DNA of 32,000 bases from Synechocystis sp. PCC 6803 substr. PCC-P (lineage in GTDB: Bacteria > Cyanobacteriota > Cyanobacteriia > Cyanobacteriales > Microcystaceae). A program made the position numbers and the translations under genes. Shown here piece by piece: positions 29,391 through 32,000 of this stretch. Location of the stretch: contig NC_017039.1 in assembly GCF_000284455.1 (NCBI RefSeq), positions 2,700,001-2,732,000 of the forward strand, read 5' to 3'. Under the pieces are notes generated by a model, which was given only the letters and a program-made list of their open reading frames with translations, was not told the DNA's origin and did not search any database. Every line of letters starts with the position of its first letter. The stretch's first letter is position 1.

Positions 29391-30601
29391 CCCAAATTTT
29401 CGTAATAGTCCCGGATGCGGTCCCGGCGGCGGGGATGGCGCAACTTTTGCAGAGCCTTAGCTTCAATCTGTCGTACCCTTTCCCTCGATAAATTCAAAAT
29501 ACGCCCAATTTCAGATAGGGAGTGGGCTACGCCGTCTTGAAAACCAAAGCGCAGGGCGATTACTTCCTGTTCCCTGGGGGTCAAATCTAGCAAAATTTCC
29601 TGCATGTCATTCTGGAGAGCCTCCCGCATCAATTCATCCTCCGGCGACTGGGTGTCGGTTTCCAGTAAATCCATTAGCTCCGTATCCTTATCCTGCCCCA
29701 CCTTGAGTTCTAGGGAGACGGAACGGGGCACTTGGGTCAGCACTTCCCGCACCTGCTCCGGGGTCATGCCTAATTCTTCCGCCACTTCGTCAATTTTCGG
29801 AGTGTGGCCCTTTTCTTGGGAAATTTTCCGCTGGGCTCGTTTGATTTTATTTAACTTCTCGGTGATGTGCACCGGCAAACGAATCATACGACTCTGGGTG
29901 GCGATCGCCCTGGTGATGCCCTGACGAATCCACCAGTAGGAATAGGTGCTAAAGCGGTAACCCTTGGTGGGATCAAATTTTTCCACCGCCCGCTCCAACC
30001 CCAGGGTGCCCTCTTGGATCAGATCTAAAAGTTCCAAGCCCCGATTTTGGTATTTCTTGGCGACGGAAACCACTAGCCTTAAATTGGCTTTGATCATGTG
30101 GGCTTTGGCCGTAATGCCCTGCTTTTCAATATTCTCTAATTCTTCCACCGTCAACCCCGCCAACTCCGCCCATCGTTTTTTACCGCTTTTGAGGGTTTGC
30201 TTAAGGGTCGCTACGGTTTGCCCGAGGATTTTGGCCCAACGTTCATAGGAAGGACGATGACCCAACTGGACTAAAAGTTGATCGTGGACGGCGATCGCCG
30301 TTTGGTATTGGTCAATGGCAGCATCGGATTCTGCGGCCCGATTTTGGATTTCCACTAGGCGGAGATAGCTTTGCACCTGCTGGGCTATGTGCACCTCTTC
30401 ATCTCGCTTCAACAGGGGAATGCGACCAATATCCTGGAGGTAAAGGCGCACTAAATCAGTACTAAATTGCTGACGATGGGCTACAGCGGTGTATTCCAAA
30501 TCCTGGGAGTCTGCCGTTAAATCCTCTTCCTCCAGCGGCAACATAGCTTCCAAATCTCGTACATTAGTCAGTGGCGGCTCATCGTTGCTTGGTTTAGTCA
30601 T
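29387..30601 (-). CDS. sigC: Group 2 RNA polymerase sigma factor SigC
   Basis: [72 protein letters not shown]...[28 protein letters not shown]. The unusual N-terminal extension matches SigC. Confidence 0.9.
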
Positions 30602-30907
30602 GGAGGTCCGGGGGTGACTGGGACTCGATGTTAAGTCAAGGGTAACATTCTTTAATTGTCTATTTTTTTGTCGGCGCTGCCCCTACAAACTGTTCCGACT
30701 ATAGTCGGGGTTTGCCTGGACAATATGGTTCTATAATCCCGGTCTCTCCATTGTAAACCTTTCAAAAAATCTATGGCCGATGGCAGGCTTTTCCATTGAC
30801 GGAGAGCATTAAAGACGTTGACTAAACTTAGTGGGGAATGGCGTTTTTTGTTCCCCGACCAAAAGCCCACGATATACTGCCTAGAGAGAACACTTCCCGT
30901 CGCCGCC

Positions 30908-31813
30908 ATGATTACTGCCCTTGAATATGCCTACTTTCCCGGTTGCGTTGCCCAGGGGGCCTGTGGGGAATTGCACCTGGCCACCACCGCTCTGAGCAAA
31001 GCTTTGGGCATTAAATTATTGGAGCTAAAAAAAGCTTCCTGTTGTGGCTCTGGCACCTTCAAAGAAGATTCCCAACTGTTAGAAGATAGCGTTAATGCCC
31101 GCAATATCGCCTTGGCAGAACAGTTAAATTTGCCCTTATTAACCCATTGCAGTACCTGTCAGGGCGTAATTGCCCATGTGGACGAACGGCTAAAAAAAGC
31201 CCAAAAAGATGACCCAGCCTATGTGGAACAAATCAACGGTTACCTAAAAAAAGAAAGCTGTGCTCCCTATCGAGGCTCCAGCCGGGTGACCCATTTACTC
31301 TGGGCTTTGGTACAGGATTTTGGGCTAGAAGCTTTGGCCCAGCGGGTCAGGCAAAGTCTAACTGGCCTCAACTGTGCTTCTTTTTATGGTTGTTACCTGC
31401 TCCGGGCCCAGGAAAATTTGCCGGAAGCTAACCCTTTTGATCCCCAATCTCTGGAAAAAGTCTTTACTACCCTAGGGGCTAACCCCATTTACTACGAAGG
31501 TCGTACCCAATGCTGTGGTTGGCCCATCTCCAGCTATGCTACGCCCCAATCTTTTCAACTGGCCGGCCGGCATTTACAAACGGCGATCGCCGCCGGGGCC
31601 GATTGTTTAGTTACCCCCTGTCCCCTATGCCATCTGCAACTGGATTCCCGTCAACCGGAAATTGGTCAGGTATTGGGGCAACCATTAAATTTACCGGTGT
31701 TACATCTGCCCCAATTGGTAGGTTTGGCCCTAGGCATTGATCCCAAGGAGCTGGGACTTGACCGCCATGTGGTTTCTACTACCCCAGTGTTAGCTAAGCT
31801 TGGTCTTACTTAA
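30908..31813 (+). CDS. CCG-domain protein, heterodisulfide reductase subunit B / SdhE-like
   Basis: [20 protein letters not shown]...[11 protein letters not shown]...[10 protein letters not shown] and [10 protein letters not shown]...[12 protein letters not shown]...[17 protein letters not shown]: two CX31-39CCX35-36CXXC-type clusters. Confidence 0.88.
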   Translation: MITALEYAYFPGCVAQGACGELHLATTALSKALGIKLLELKKASCCGSGTFKEDSQLLEDSVNARNIALAEQLNLPLLTHCSTCQGVIAHVDERLKKAQKDDPAYVEQINGYLKKESCAPYRGSSRVTHLLWALVQDFGLEALAQRVRQSLTGLNCASFYGCYLLRAQENLPEANPFDPQSLEKVFTTLGANPIYYEGRTQCCGWPISSYATPQSFQLAGRHLQTAIAAGADCLVTPCPLCHLQLDSRQPEIGQVLGQPLNLPVLHLPQLVGLALGIDPKELGLDRHVVSTTPVLAKLGLT

Positions 31814-31856
31814 CTTATCTAACAATTAGTTCAGGCAAATAAGGCTTAACTCGGGT

Positions 31857-32000
31857 TTACTGCAAGCGACTGGCCATGGTGATCAGCCCCTGCTGACCGA
31901 TAAGAATTTCCCGTAAAAAGGTACAGATGAAGACCCAGAGGATAGGAGCTAGGTCAACGCCGCCGATGGGGGGCACTAGCTTACGCAGGGGAATTAATAA
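31857..32000 (-). CDS. YggT-family membrane protein (Ycf19-like), C-terminal fragment; 5' part outside the window
   Basis: Hand translation of the minus strand: LLIPLRKLVPPIGGVDLAPILWVFICTFLREILIGQQGLITMASRLQ*, a YggT C-terminal repeat. Confidence 0.78.
   Translation of the reverse strand, partial: LLIPLRKLVPPIGGVDLAPILWVFICTFLREILIGQQGLITMASRLQ

Noticed and set aside
1-32000. CRISPR array, tRNA or rRNA genes
   Set aside because: No regularly spaced 25-40 bp repeats, cloverleaf or rRNA segments were noticed on reading either strand. tRNAscan-SE and CRT would confirm.

Overview
This looks like core chromosome of a Synechocystis sp. PCC 6803-type cyanobacterium, judged from recognisable proteins and about 28 copies of the HIP1 octamer GCGATCGC. 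Recognised genes: mfd (partial, -), rlpA-like (+), urtE (-), proA (-), carB (-), pyrR (-), folE (+), cinA (+), a YraN-like protein (-), a TonB-like proline-rich protein (-), a SpoIID-like protein (+), a rhodanese (+), an RRM protein rbp3 (+), rpiA (+), a TolB-like lipoprotein (+), a PLD-ComEA fusion (+), a DUF4912 protein (-), a class II glutamine amidotransferase (+), sigC (-), a CCG-domain/HdrB-like protein (+), and a YggT-family protein (-, partial). The main accessory segment is about 8.3-11.2 kb, between proA and carB. It holds a standalone reverse transcriptase of the Abi/DRT/'unknown group' style (FADD motif, long helical C-terminus, no maturase or endonuclease) and a hicB-hicA toxin-antitoxin pair. 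hicA is 59 aa and missing from the ORF track. A short carB/RT gap has a pseudoknot-like arrangement of inverted repeats, and a membrane protein gene follows hicA. The second strong signal is an unannotated small-RNA candidate at about 28350-28411 (+). It has a -10 box, an intrinsic terminator, a GAAACAAGGAAA loop, and an 11-nt segment exactly antisense to the ultraconserved Yfr1 motif ACUCCUCACAC. Nothing was searched or folded computationally, so family assignments come from reading motifs.
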